This document shows, piece by piece, positions 20,632 to 29,108 of a stretch of 64,000 bases of DNA. Both the position numbers and the translations under genes were made by a program. This stretch comes from a virus, in the IMG/VR virus record IMGVR_UViG_3300045988_115158, positions 10,702 through 74,701 of that record. One strand, written 5' to 3'. The notes beneath the pieces were generated by a model. The model was not told where the DNA came from. It saw nothing but the letters and a program-made list of their open reading frames with translations, and made no database searches. Every line of letters begins with the position of its first letter. Within the stretch, counting starts at the first letter, position 1.

Positions 20632-21568
20632 CTTTTACTTTATCCCATTTTCTAGTCATATAGTCACAGTTATCTATGTACATATATAACTTTTCAAGGT
20701 CTTTCCTTGAAGCAATTTCTGCTTTTACATAACCTTTATTACTTGTTTTAATATTAAATCTTATTCCATATAATTCCTCTATTTTAGAGAATAATTCTAT
20801 AAATCTATCTTTCCAATTTGGATGTACTTCTATTCTTAGAGCAATAGAACCATGATTAGTTTCAGTTTGATTGCTAATCCATATAGACCCATCACCATCT
20901 ATTAAACCTATTAAAAAATAGATTAATAAATCTTTAGTATAGAATATATCCAATTTTGGAGGATTATACGTTTTTGGATTAGTATACTCTAAAATAGAGT
21001 ACCATTTTTCTTGAAATTTTTTATCTTGAATACGTAAATCAACAAACTCAGAATTTTCTTTAGAAAATCCTCCAGACTTAATTCTTAGTGTTATTTTACA
21101 TTTAAGATGTTCAGCTAACACCTTTAGATAATCTTTATCCTTGCCTGATAAACATATACATAATTCTCCTCTAGGAGATAAATGACCATCAGCCATAATA
21201 AAGCCCCACCAATAAGCCGATTTACTAGTAAGATTATCTAAAAATTTTAAAGAACCCTAACGCTTTCTTTCAACTTTAGAGGTTACTTTTAGTAATCTGG
21301 CTTTATTCATCATCTAAGAATAAGTTCTAGTAGGGAAAGTATTCAATAATGTTTCCATATCAGAATTTTCCCAATGAAACTTTAGAAGATCTTCCTCTTC
21401 ATTTGTCCATCTCTTATTCTTTTGGATACCAAGCTCTCTAGCTTTTTTCTATAAAGCTTTAACAGTTCTATTTAAACCAAACTCATCTATACATTCTTGT
21501 GCTGTATGGTCTAAATAAAAGGTATTCAAGATTTCAATTTCTTTTTCTGTCCAACTTGCACATTTCAT
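20615..21568 (-). CDS. LAGLIDADG homing endonuclease with Myb/SANT-like N-terminal repeats; contains 3 in-frame TAG codons
   Basis: Frame from ATG at 21568 reads WTEKEIEILNTFY.., WTNEEEDLLKFHW.., ..AYWWGFIMADGHL.., ..LIGLIDGDGSI. TAGs occur at three positions with no TAA or TGA. Confidence 0.55.
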
Positions 21569-21843
21569 ATTATATAAATTTAAGTAGTTTTAACTGTTTA
21601 AATATAATAATTTTCAGTAAAAGTTACAAGTAATAAAAGTTAAATTATGTTAATTTTTATGGACTATATCATAATCCCTATATTTAGGGATTCCGGATGC
21701 TGTAGGCTCACCGTAGTGTCCTTAGTCTCTGAACCTTCCACAGTCTTCCCTGTGGCTCGGCTGCTGATTAAGAATTAACAAACTCTTCCCAGCAATTCTT
21801 CCGGTTATTCGATATGCATTACTGCATAAAGGGGCTCGCAGTT
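20632..21843 (-). other. group I-type intron in the NAMPT-like gene, carrying a LAGLIDADG endonuclease ORF and a GC-rich structured core (21660-21810)
   Basis: Exon ends ..RDSLGF(tt) and resumes (c)FYVAVKATA. U precedes the 5' splice site and G ends the intron. The intron core is markedly GC-rich relative to the genome. Confidence 0.5.
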
Positions 21844-22424
21844 AACCCAAGAGAATCTCTACTCTTAAACTGATAAGTATAAGATCCAATACCAAGAACA
21901 AGATTACAAGCTGCCATATGAGCATTTTCTAATCGAGCATAGATATCACGCTGACGCTCTAGAGTGATAGAATCTCCATAGAGCAACCCAACCTTGGTGC
22001 TTGGATAACGATAATCGTTCACAGTAGTATTCCATCCAAAGATTTTACCTAGCATATAATATGCTCCATAATACTGACCTTCAGATACTTCTACATAATG
22101 ACTTTCATCATCATCCATAAATGGATTGAAATCACAATAGTACTTGCCTTCCTTCATTGCAGTGTGGTAATGAGGATTTGTACGAAGACCACAAATAATA
22201 TCCACTGGGTCACCACTATCAGGACGAATTACTACTCGACCATCACGCTTCATAATGTCTTTTTTCAGACGAGGGAGAATACGTTCTACCACTCTCCAAA
22301 AATCATAAGTATCACTAACTATAGATACAATTCCAATAGGATATAATTCATTTATCAATCTTTTAATTGACAATAATTCTCCAATAAGTTTTTTGTCCTC
22401 TTCAGACGCTTTTTGAATTTTCAT
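21819..22424 (-). CDS. NAMPT-like enzyme, middle segment (ends in intron-derived residues)
   Basis: IVSIVSDTYDF and VVIRPDSGDP NAMPT/NAPRTase motifs. The last ~8 residues (LTASPFMQ) are intron read-through. Confidence 0.55.
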   Translation of the reverse strand: MKIQKASEEDKKLIGELLSIKRLINELYPIGIVSIVSDTYDFWRVVERILPRLKKDIMKRDGRVVIRPDSGDPVDIICGLRTNPHYHTAMKEGKYYCDFNPFMDDDESHYVEVSEGQYYGAYYMLGKIFGWNTTVNDYRYPSTKVGLLYGDSITLERQRDIYARLENAHMAACNLVLGIGSYTYQFKSRDSLGLTASPFMQ

Positions 22425-22500
22425 ATTTATACGCTTTTTTCAAATTATCAATAGCCCATAAAGGCTGTAAATTTTTATAACAGAAACACTCTTTTTGCTA

Positions 22501-23343
22501 TTAGAACAAATTTTTGTCTCCATTTATATCAATATATCCAATTAATTTACCAAAATCATCTAAGATTATTTCTTCTACATTATCTTCAAAATCACTAATA
22601 GTAGAGCAAGCCACTGAATGTTCCGAAGCCGGGACAGTTGCAGCTACAAGTTCTTCAGTAACATCTGCATTGTAATAATGCTCTACTGCTTCAATAGCAG
22701 GAATTGTTTCACTACCACAGAATGAAGTCATATGAGCCATACCTGAAATAATAGCAGCATCAAGTCCTGCCATACCTCTCATTGAGAAATCGTGACAAGA
22801 GAAACCTAGATTTACATCTTCTGGGAATCCAGTCTTTCTAGCATGTTCCATAAGTCTCTTTTTATAGAGACGAGCACTTGTTGCAGAAGTACAAGGAAGC
22901 CATAGAGTACAACTAATTAAAGTTTCCAAGTAATTAGTCAACCAAAAGAAGTCCGGAAGAGTGTTCTTAATAGTCATCATAGGTACTCTTATAGGACAGA
23001 TAGAACCTTCAGGAAGAGCTTTAATTTCAATAGGAAGATACCCCAAATCATAAAGTTCTTCAATATGCTTTGTCCCAACCTGGTTAAGGTCTACAAAGTT
23101 ACCTACACGATAAGCAAATTGCTTAATAGCTTCTTCCTTAGGAAGAGCAAACCATTTATTAAATTCCTCTATCAAATACTTCTTTACAAAGTACTGAATA
23201 CCAAATACTACAGAACCTTCTGTAGCTTCTGGGAAGTAACGATTACTTCTAGGAGTCCAGTTACTATAGACCATTTGTGTACCCTCTGGGTACATACGAT
23301 GATGACCAAGCTTATAGCCATCAGTTGCATTAATAATTTCCAT
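22501..23343 (-). CDS. NAMPT-like enzyme, N-terminal segment (separate ORF, 76-nt gap to next segment)
   Basis: N-terminal TDGYKLGHH motif. 280 aa + 201 aa + 3' exon add up to NAMPT length. Confidence 0.55.
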   Translation of the reverse strand: MEIINATDGYKLGHHRMYPEGTQMVYSNWTPRSNRYFPEATEGSVVFGIQYFVKKYLIEEFNKWFALPKEEAIKQFAYRVGNFVDLNQVGTKHIEELYDLGYLPIEIKALPEGSICPIRVPMMTIKNTLPDFFWLTNYLETLISCTLWLPCTSATSARLYKKRLMEHARKTGFPEDVNLGFSCHDFSMRGMAGLDAAIISGMAHMTSFCGSETIPAIEAVEHYYNADVTEELVAATVPASEHSVACSTISDFEDNVEEIILDDFGKLIGYIDINGDKNLF

Positions 23344-23833
23344 TAATTGATTCTTTTAATGTTAAACCTATACTATATTTATAAAACACTTCAGTTATAT
23401 AACTCTTAGTTTTTTTGTGGATTTTCATATGAGGCTGTTGTTTAAGCCACCATGTATATTCTCTTCTAGGGTCAGCTCCATATGTTTTAGCTGCTGCTAA
23501 ATAATCACATATAAGTTCTAGAACATATTTTTTAGGCATTTTAGCAGGAATTCCTCCATTATCTAAGGAATGTATCCAATATTCATAATGGTGAGGATTC
23601 CTTCCTCTATGGTGAAGGAATGTTTGACTATATCCTAATATTCTACACTCATTCGCTAAAGAGCTCATTTTATCATCCCAATACTTAATAGCTCTTGAAA
23701 ATTCTGTAAAACTAAATTTAGACAAATCATGAGTAATACCTTGCCAATATAATCCTATTTGAAAGCAATATTTAGCAACATAATACTTATGAGTTAAGAT
23801 TCGCTTTATTAATTTCAGCCAAACTAAATTCAT
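23330..23833 (-). CDS. hypothetical protein
   Basis: 167-aa ORF. Confidence 0.4.
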   Translation of the reverse strand: MNLVWLKLIKRILTHKYYVAKYCFQIGLYWQGITHDLSKFSFTEFSRAIKYWDDKMSSLANECRILGYSQTFLHHRGRNPHHYEYWIHSLDNGGIPAKMPKKYVLELICDYLAAAKTYGADPRREYTWWLKQQPHMKIHKKTKSYITEVFYKYSIGLTLKESINGNY

Positions 23834-24057
23834 AATGCTGATAATTTATTTATATAAATATCTGAATATTTCTTTCCAAGTTTTTGCATTATACTATAGA
23901 AACTTCTTCTAAAACTGCTATCTTTCATACACAATATCTTTATATTAGAAATTAAATCTTCTGGTATATGTGCTTCAGAATATTCTTTAGACACTGTTTC
24001 AGAAGATTTAATTAATTCTACTAATAAAGATACTTGATTAGCTTTTTGATAATTCAT
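23830..24057 (-). CDS. hypothetical protein
   Basis: 75-aa ORF. Confidence 0.35.
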   Translation of the reverse strand: MNYQKANQVSLLVELIKSSETVSKEYSEAHIPEDLISNIKILCMKDSSFRRSFYSIMQKLGKKYSDIYINKLSAL

Positions 24058-24239
24058 AAGTGAGAATCCCTAATTGCTGTATAATATCCTAGAATAAAAA
24101 AGTCTTTACACTTTCCTAACTCTCTATTAAACATTAATAGATATATAGGAGACTCTGCAATTAATGTTTTCCAAGCTTTATTTACTTTTATTTCAAGAGT
24201 ATCTGAATTCATAATCCTTCTTTTTCTAAGGAATTCCAA
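24054..24239 (-). CDS. hypothetical protein
   Basis: 61-aa ORF. Confidence 0.3.
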   Translation of the reverse strand: MEFLRKRRIMNSDTLEIKVNKAWKTLIAESPIYLLMFNRELGKCKDFFILGYYTAIRDSHL

Positions 24240-24275
24240 TAGTCTGCTTCTAGATCATTCCAATAATCATCTAGA

Positions 24276-24503
24276 TCACTTATAATATCTGTTAGATCTT
24301 CCATCAGGTATACAATATAAAATTAGCAATATAATACAGAGTATAATTATGAGTCCTATTCCTATTAAGAATGGGCTAAAAACAACTAACCATGAAATAT
24401 CTGAATGTAGAATAACTTTAGCAACTAATAAAATAATAAAAGTTACTGGAATAACCCATCCTCCACATCCTAAATTTACATTTACTTTGTCATTTGACAA
24501 CAT
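24276..24503 (-). CDS. small membrane protein
   Basis: Two TM helices. Confidence 0.4.
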   Translation of the reverse strand: MLSNDKVNVNLGCGGWVIPVTFIILLVAKVILHSDISWLVVFSPFLIGIGLIIILCIILLILYCIPDGRSNRYYK

Positions 24504-24672
24504 TTAATAAAGACTTTATATAATCAATAGATTCCTTCACAGAAAGACAGTCACCACTCTTTAACATTACATAAGAGCTTTCTCCAGCTTCTTCTACTAC
24601 GGAAATATCATCTACGGCTATTAAATATCTTCTATTAATACTATTGCTGTCTAATGTTAAATCAATAAACAC
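24490..24672 (-). CDS. hypothetical protein
   Basis: 60-aa ORF. Confidence 0.3.
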   Translation of the reverse strand: MFIDLTLDSNSINRRYLIAVDDISVVEEAGESSYVMLKSGDCLSVKESIDYIKSLLNVVK

Positions 24673-24738
24673 ATTTAATCATATTAATAATTTTCTACTA
24701 ATAATCATCTGCGTTATGATAAGTAAGATAATATAATA

Positions 24739-24939
24739 CTATAAAGATTTAATTCTAGTACAGATCGTTTCTACAGCATTATTAAACTCTTGCTTATTAC
24801 TATCTAAAATAGTTTCTCTTAAAAACCCTAAATATGAAGTACTACGACTAGTAATAGAAGGTAATCTAAGATTTACTACAATACATTTATTACCATCTAT
24901 TCTAATTCGTAATGCCCCACACTTTTTATACTTAACCAT
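24739..24939 (-). CDS. hypothetical protein
   Basis: 66-aa ORF. Confidence 0.3.
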   Translation of the reverse strand: MVKYKKCGALRIRIDGNKCIVVNLRLPSITSRSTSYLGFLRETILDSNKQEFNNAVETICTRIKSL

Positions 24940-25047
24940 TTAAATTAATAAATATTAGTAATGCTAATACAAAAATAGGGACTAATAAGATAAACTTACT
25001 AGTCCCTTTCTCCTTGCCATCAAAGGCTTCTACAATTTCTTTTAATG

Positions 25048-25470
25048 TCATCTGTTCATCATATAATTAAAAAATTTATTTTTTGGAAGAGTTCTTAATA
25101 ATTTTAAAGTATCACTTGCGTAGAAATATCCATCAGTATAATAGTGACTTCCTTCAGGAATTATAAATAAACCTATAGTATCAATAGATTCATTAATATC
25201 AAAACTATTATGTGTATCTCCACGACATTCATATCTTCCAGCATAAGGACTTATTATCTTTATATTATATCCAAAAGAATGTAGTCCTATATCTACAGAT
25301 ACACTATTCTTATTTCTGTCTAAGTATGATGTATAAGTTTCTCCTATATTATATCTATAATTAAATATTGGTGAATAATAACCGAACCTACCATAATTTA
25401 TTAGAGCTTTCCATACACATATGTTAGAAGTAGCTACACATTCTTCTTTATATCGCAAATATAAACACAT
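25048..25470 (-). CDS. hypothetical protein
   Basis: 140-aa ORF. Confidence 0.4.
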   Translation of the reverse strand: MCLYLRYKEECVATSNICVWKALINYGRFGYYSPIFNYRYNIGETYTSYLDRNKNSVSVDIGLHSFGYNIKIISPYAGRYECRGDTHNSFDINESIDTIGLFIIPEGSHYYTDGYFYASDTLKLLRTLPKNKFFNYMMNR

Positions 25471-25853
25471 TATTTAAGAATTTTAACTTTTACATGTTTT
25501 ATACTGATTCGTTTAGAGTTTTTGGGGTGTATTAATATATCAATACGATGTTTATGTCTTTTATTCATGACATCCCTAACTTCATATATTCCAAATCCTT
25601 CTATAAACACTTTTTTAGGTTTATTCTTTGGAAATAAATAAAGTAAATCACGGGATATAGCACACCACTTAATTTTATTATGTTTTAAATGGTGTAAATT
25701 TATTTTAGAACCATCAGCTGTAACTAATGGTTTACTGTCACATTGACTCTTTACTGGCTGATAACAAGTAAGAGTTACATGAGTTATTGTTTGAGCAATA
25801 CTTTTAGTGCATAAGAAACATAATAATATTAATATAAATTTAAATCTTCTCAT
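25470..25853 (-). CDS. secreted hypothetical protein
   Basis: N-terminal signal peptide MRRFKFILILLCFLCTKSIAQ. Confidence 0.45.
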   Translation of the reverse strand: MRRFKFILILLCFLCTKSIAQTITHVTLTCYQPVKSQCDSKPLVTADGSKINLHHLKHNKIKWCAISRDLLYLFPKNKPKKVFIEGFGIYEVRDVMNKRHKHRIDILIHPKNSKRISIKHVKVKILK

Positions 25854-25868
25854 TATAAATAATCTTTA

Positions 25869-26270
25869 TTAGTTATGGTATATATTACCACTCATAGTAC
25901 TAACATTTCCACCAACATTACCACAAGTAACATCACCACTCATTGTTAATACTCCACCTTTAACGTCTTTACAAGTTACATCACCACTAGCCGTATTAAT
26001 AGTTGTAACATCTCCTGTAACTGAAACATTACCACTACCAGTATGTACACTAGCTACATTACCTTCTATTTTCACTTCTATAGATGGACTTTTAAGATCT
26101 TCTCTTAATTTTCCATTTACATAAATTTTACCATTATTAATACTAATGGTTTGTGCTCCTTCTATTTTAACATTGTTAATCCAAGTAGTACCATTAATAT
26201 CATTTAATGTTGTTTCAATTGTATTAATTATTTCCATAATATATAAAATTTTTAAAATGTATACAAACAA
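25869..26270 (-). CDS. beta-helix repeat protein (bactofilin-like SG(D/N)V(T/S) repeats)
   Basis: Repeated GNVASVHTGSGNVSVTGDVTTINTASGDVTCKDVKGG... units. Confidence 0.4.
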   Translation of the reverse strand: MFVYILKILYIMEIINTIETTLNDINGTTWINNVKIEGAQTISINNGKIYVNGKLREDLKSPSIEVKIEGNVASVHTGSGNVSVTGDVTTINTASGDVTCKDVKGGVLTMSGDVTCGNVGGNVSTMSGNIYHN

Positions 26271-26276
26271 AAAAAG

Positions 26277-26304
26277 TCGAGCTTATTGCCCGACTCAACA
26301 TCAG
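26277..26304 (-). terminator. rho-independent terminator
   Basis: Minus strand has a gagtcgggc..gctcgac hairpin followed by TTTTTTT. Confidence 0.45.
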
Positions 26305-26695
26305 TAAGTACCCCTTTGGTACTTACAAATTAAATAATAAGATTAAATAATTGGAGGCATGTATAATCTACAATACTGATTAGCATACCAAATCCAACCC
26401 TTCTTAAATGCTTTTAAAGTTCTTTTTAAAATTTTCATCATAATAAATCAAATTTAAAGTTTAACTTATAAAATATCTAGGAGGAGAGTTTAAAAATTTA
26501 AGAATCCCAGGTAAATCACCCCTGTTAGAGACATGGTCTCTATTTTTATTATTTAGGATTCTATAGGAATGCAAAAAACGTCGAACCATTCCAGTTCGTA
26601 GGTTCTACGACACCTAATAGGCGAGTATGCATCGTTGAGAGGCACCCTATAAGTTACGTTGCTCCTGTAACTAGTATTCTAGAGCTTTATCATAG

Positions 26696-26773
26696 TGTGA
26701 GATGTGGGAATCAAACCCACGCAAGCCTTCACATTGGAAGTGTGATGTGCGCCTTCAACTACACTAATCTCAC
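26696..26773 (-). tRNA. tRNA-Gly(UCC), extended variable region
   Basis: Acceptor gtgagat/atctcac. Anticodon arm tcaca-cuUCCaa-tgtga. T-arm gtggg-tttgatt-cccac. Confidence 0.55.
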
Positions 26774-26785
26774 ATTGTTTAATAG

Positions 26786-26859
26786 TGGAGCGTAGGAGAT
26801 TCGAACTCCTAAGAATGCCTGCGTGCAAAGCAGGTGCTGACCATTTGAGCCGACGCCCC
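26786..26859 (-). tRNA. tRNA-Ala(UGC)
   Basis: Acceptor ggggcgt/acgctcc. Anticodon arm cctgc-tuUGCac-gcagg. T-arm aggag-ttcgaat-ctcct. Confidence 0.55.
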
Positions 26860-26869
26860 AAATTGGAGA

Positions 26870-27346
26870 TTACTCTCCAGTTAATTGTTTTATTTTAAGT
26901 TTAGCTTGTGTTAATTCATATATTAAATCAGATATAGTTTTTTTATTATCTTTAAGATGTTTTTTGAGAGCTTTAATAGCTAATTTCATGCTATTAAAGT
27001 TCTTTAAATTATTTGCTATGGATTCTAATTCTTTAAAAGACTTAGTATCATCAAACAAAGATATATTAACTTTAGCTTGTAATTCTTTAATTTTAAGATT
27101 CTGTTTTTCAATCTCATTTTCTAAAGACTGAATCTTATTATTTAAGGAAGCTATAGTCGATCCATCTTCTAATTCATCTATATAGGATTCTAATTCTCCG
27201 ATTTTTTGTTCTAAACCAGCATAATGCTTTTTTCTTTCAGCATCATACTCTTTAAACCTATTTATTTTGCTTTTTAAAACAGCTATAATAAAATCCTTTT
27301 TATCATAAAAGTTTGCGTCAGATTGATAATTAAAAGTTTTTTTCAT
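26870..27346 (-). CDS. coiled-coil protein
   Basis: 158-aa ORF rich in heptad-like E/K/L repeats. Confidence 0.45.
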   Translation of the reverse strand: MKKTFNYQSDANFYDKKDFIIAVLKSKINRFKEYDAERKKHYAGLEQKIGELESYIDELEDGSTIASLNNKIQSLENEIEKQNLKIKELQAKVNISLFDDTKSFKELESIANNLKNFNSMKLAIKALKKHLKDNKKTISDLIYELTQAKLKIKQLTGE

Positions 27347-27366
27347 ATTATTTATTTTTTAACTAG

Positions 27367-27438
27367 TTGTGGGTATTGGACTCGAACCAATGACCGTTTG
27401 CTTATGAGACAAACAAGCTACCACTGCTACAACCCACG
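27367..27438 (-). tRNA. initiator-type tRNA-Met(CAU)
   Basis: C1xA72 mismatch (cgtgggt / acccaca + a). D-arm and T-arm nearly identical to bacterial tRNA-fMet. Anticodon loop cuCAUaa. Confidence 0.6.
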
Positions 27439-27447
27439 ATATTAAAG

Positions 27448-27519
27448 AGCTTCAAGTAGGATTTGAACCTACGACCCGCATTTTACAAGAATGCTGCACT
27501 ACCACTGTGCTATTGAAGC
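27448..27519 (-). tRNA. tRNA-Thr(UGU)
   Basis: Clean cloverleaf. Acceptor gcttcaa/ttgaagc. D gcac-agtggta-gtgc. Anticodon gcatt-cuUGUaa-aatgc. T gtagg-ttcaaat-cctac. Confidence 0.7.
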
Positions 27520-27664
27520 TTAAATAAAGGCGAATATGGCATTAGACGGGCGAACTATCGTGACCATATTCTAATAATACATTGAGCTATCAGGCATACT
27601 CGTGGATCGCCACCGCTACCTCTAACAACCGCCTAGTTAAATGCTAGGTCCTCTCTATTATTTG

Positions 27665-27741
27665 CGGAATATAAGGGACTCGAACCCTTAGTTTTACTAG
27701 AGTGACAGTCTAGTTCCCTTACCAACAGGGCTTAATACTCC
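27665..27741 (-). tRNA. tRNA-Asp(GUC)
   Basis: Acceptor ggagtat/atattcc. Anticodon ctaga-cuGUCac-tctag. T aaggg-ttcgagt-ccctt. Confidence 0.55.
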
Positions 27742-27812
27742 AGGCGCCTCTTGTGTACACATTTCTTTTCGAGAAGGTAGCTAACCTTAGAAATAAGAGG
27801 CATATATTATTG

Positions 27813-27893
27813 CGCCTAGACTAGGATTCGAACCTAGGAACCTTTCGGGGCAAGTTAACAGCTTGCTGCCGTTGACCACTTGGCTATCTAGAC
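27813..27893 (-). tRNA. tRNA-Asn(GUU) with ~12-nt variable region
   Basis: Acceptor gtctaga/tctaggc. Anticodon gcaag-cuGUUaa-cttgc. T ctagg-ttcgaat-cctag. Confidence 0.5.
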
Positions 27894-28340
27894 GAAAGTC
27901 CTGATTAATCAGGACATACAGTTGAATCAATAGCAGTAGTATCAACTACTGTAGTATCAACATTAATAGAATCATTTGAAGTTGAATTTACTGAATTATT
28001 TGAACCAGTAGAACAACTCAAGAGTGTAAATAACACACTAAATACAAGTAATTTCTTCATTTTTTATTCTTTTTTATCGTATTGACTATTATAAATCTAA
28101 ATTTTATTATTCAAAATATAATTTTAATAAAATTTAAAAATGAACCGAGAACTTCCCAATTCTCGGTTCTGTGTACTAAGGTAAGTACGACCCTTCCAAT
28201 TTCATGTTGAAATCTTCAAAAAAGTCAGTATATTTATAGATATATACATCTGGGAATCAGGTTAATCGTGAAATTCGTAACTATAACAGTCCTAACCCGT
28301 TTGTGATATAAATATAATTTAACTATAAAAATTATAAAAG

Positions 28341-28562
28341 TTAATTTTTGTTTACTTTATTATTTTTAATTAAATTATTTATTTCTGTCTCTGTGAGTTC
28401 TATCTTGTAATCCCCATAACTTAAAGAATAATTAAAATCAAATAAATAGACAAATTTATTATCTATATATTGAGCACATTGTGGAATTACACTAATATTA
28501 ATAACTGTAAATTTAATATTGTCTAAGACAATACTTTCATACAATTTAAATTTGCTAGTCAT
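28341..28562 (-). CDS. hypothetical protein
   Basis: 73-aa ORF. Confidence 0.3.
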   Translation of the reverse strand: MTSKFKLYESIVLDNIKFTVINISVIPQCAQYIDNKFVYLFDFNYSLSYGDYKIELTETEINNLIKNNKVNKN

Positions 28563-28727
28563 AATAAGCCAAAAGAGGGGACTCTAAATAGAGTCCCCTC
28601 AAAAGATTGAGTTTCCTTTTAATTATCACGACTATAATTCACGTTTCACAACGTTCAATAAGTATTCCTTATTACTGAGGTTATTATAGTTGTGAATTTT
28701 TTTTCTAAAAATAAAATCTTAAAAATT

Positions 28728-29096
28728 TTAATTCTGAATCATAGCACGAAGCTCTTCAATAGATTTATTCTCAAGAGCTTCGTCCTCTTTCTTTGCGATA
28801 AGCTCAGCAATACGTTTGTTACGAGCATCAATCTGTGCTCTATTAATATTGTCTTTACGAGCCTTTAATTTAATATTAATTACATCTTTTACGATGCCGA
28901 AACGAAGTTCATCATCATTTTCTTCAGCTGGAAGCTCTTCAATGAAAGACTTCTTAGGAGCCTCACTAATTTTCTTATCCAGCATAATAGCTAAAGTGTT
29001 AAGATTCTGCAGAGATAAGTCGAACAAATCTTCTGTAGTAATCATACCCTTGTTTGTCTTAAAACGTAATTTCTTTTGTAATGCTTCTTTGTACAT
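28728..29096 (-). CDS. hypothetical coiled-coil protein
   Basis: 122-aa ORF. Confidence 0.4.
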   Translation of the reverse strand: MYKEALQKKLRFKTNKGMITTEDLFDLSLQNLNTLAIMLDKKISEAPKKSFIEELPAEENDDELRFGIVKDVINIKLKARKDNINRAQIDARNKRIAELIAKKEDEALENKSIEELRAMIQN

Positions 29097-29108
29097 TGTT
29101 GTTAATTA

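Noticed and set aside
26679-26861. 60-aa ORF from the six-frame track
   Set aside because: Entirely overlaps tRNA-Gly and tRNA-Ala on the same strand. Spurious.
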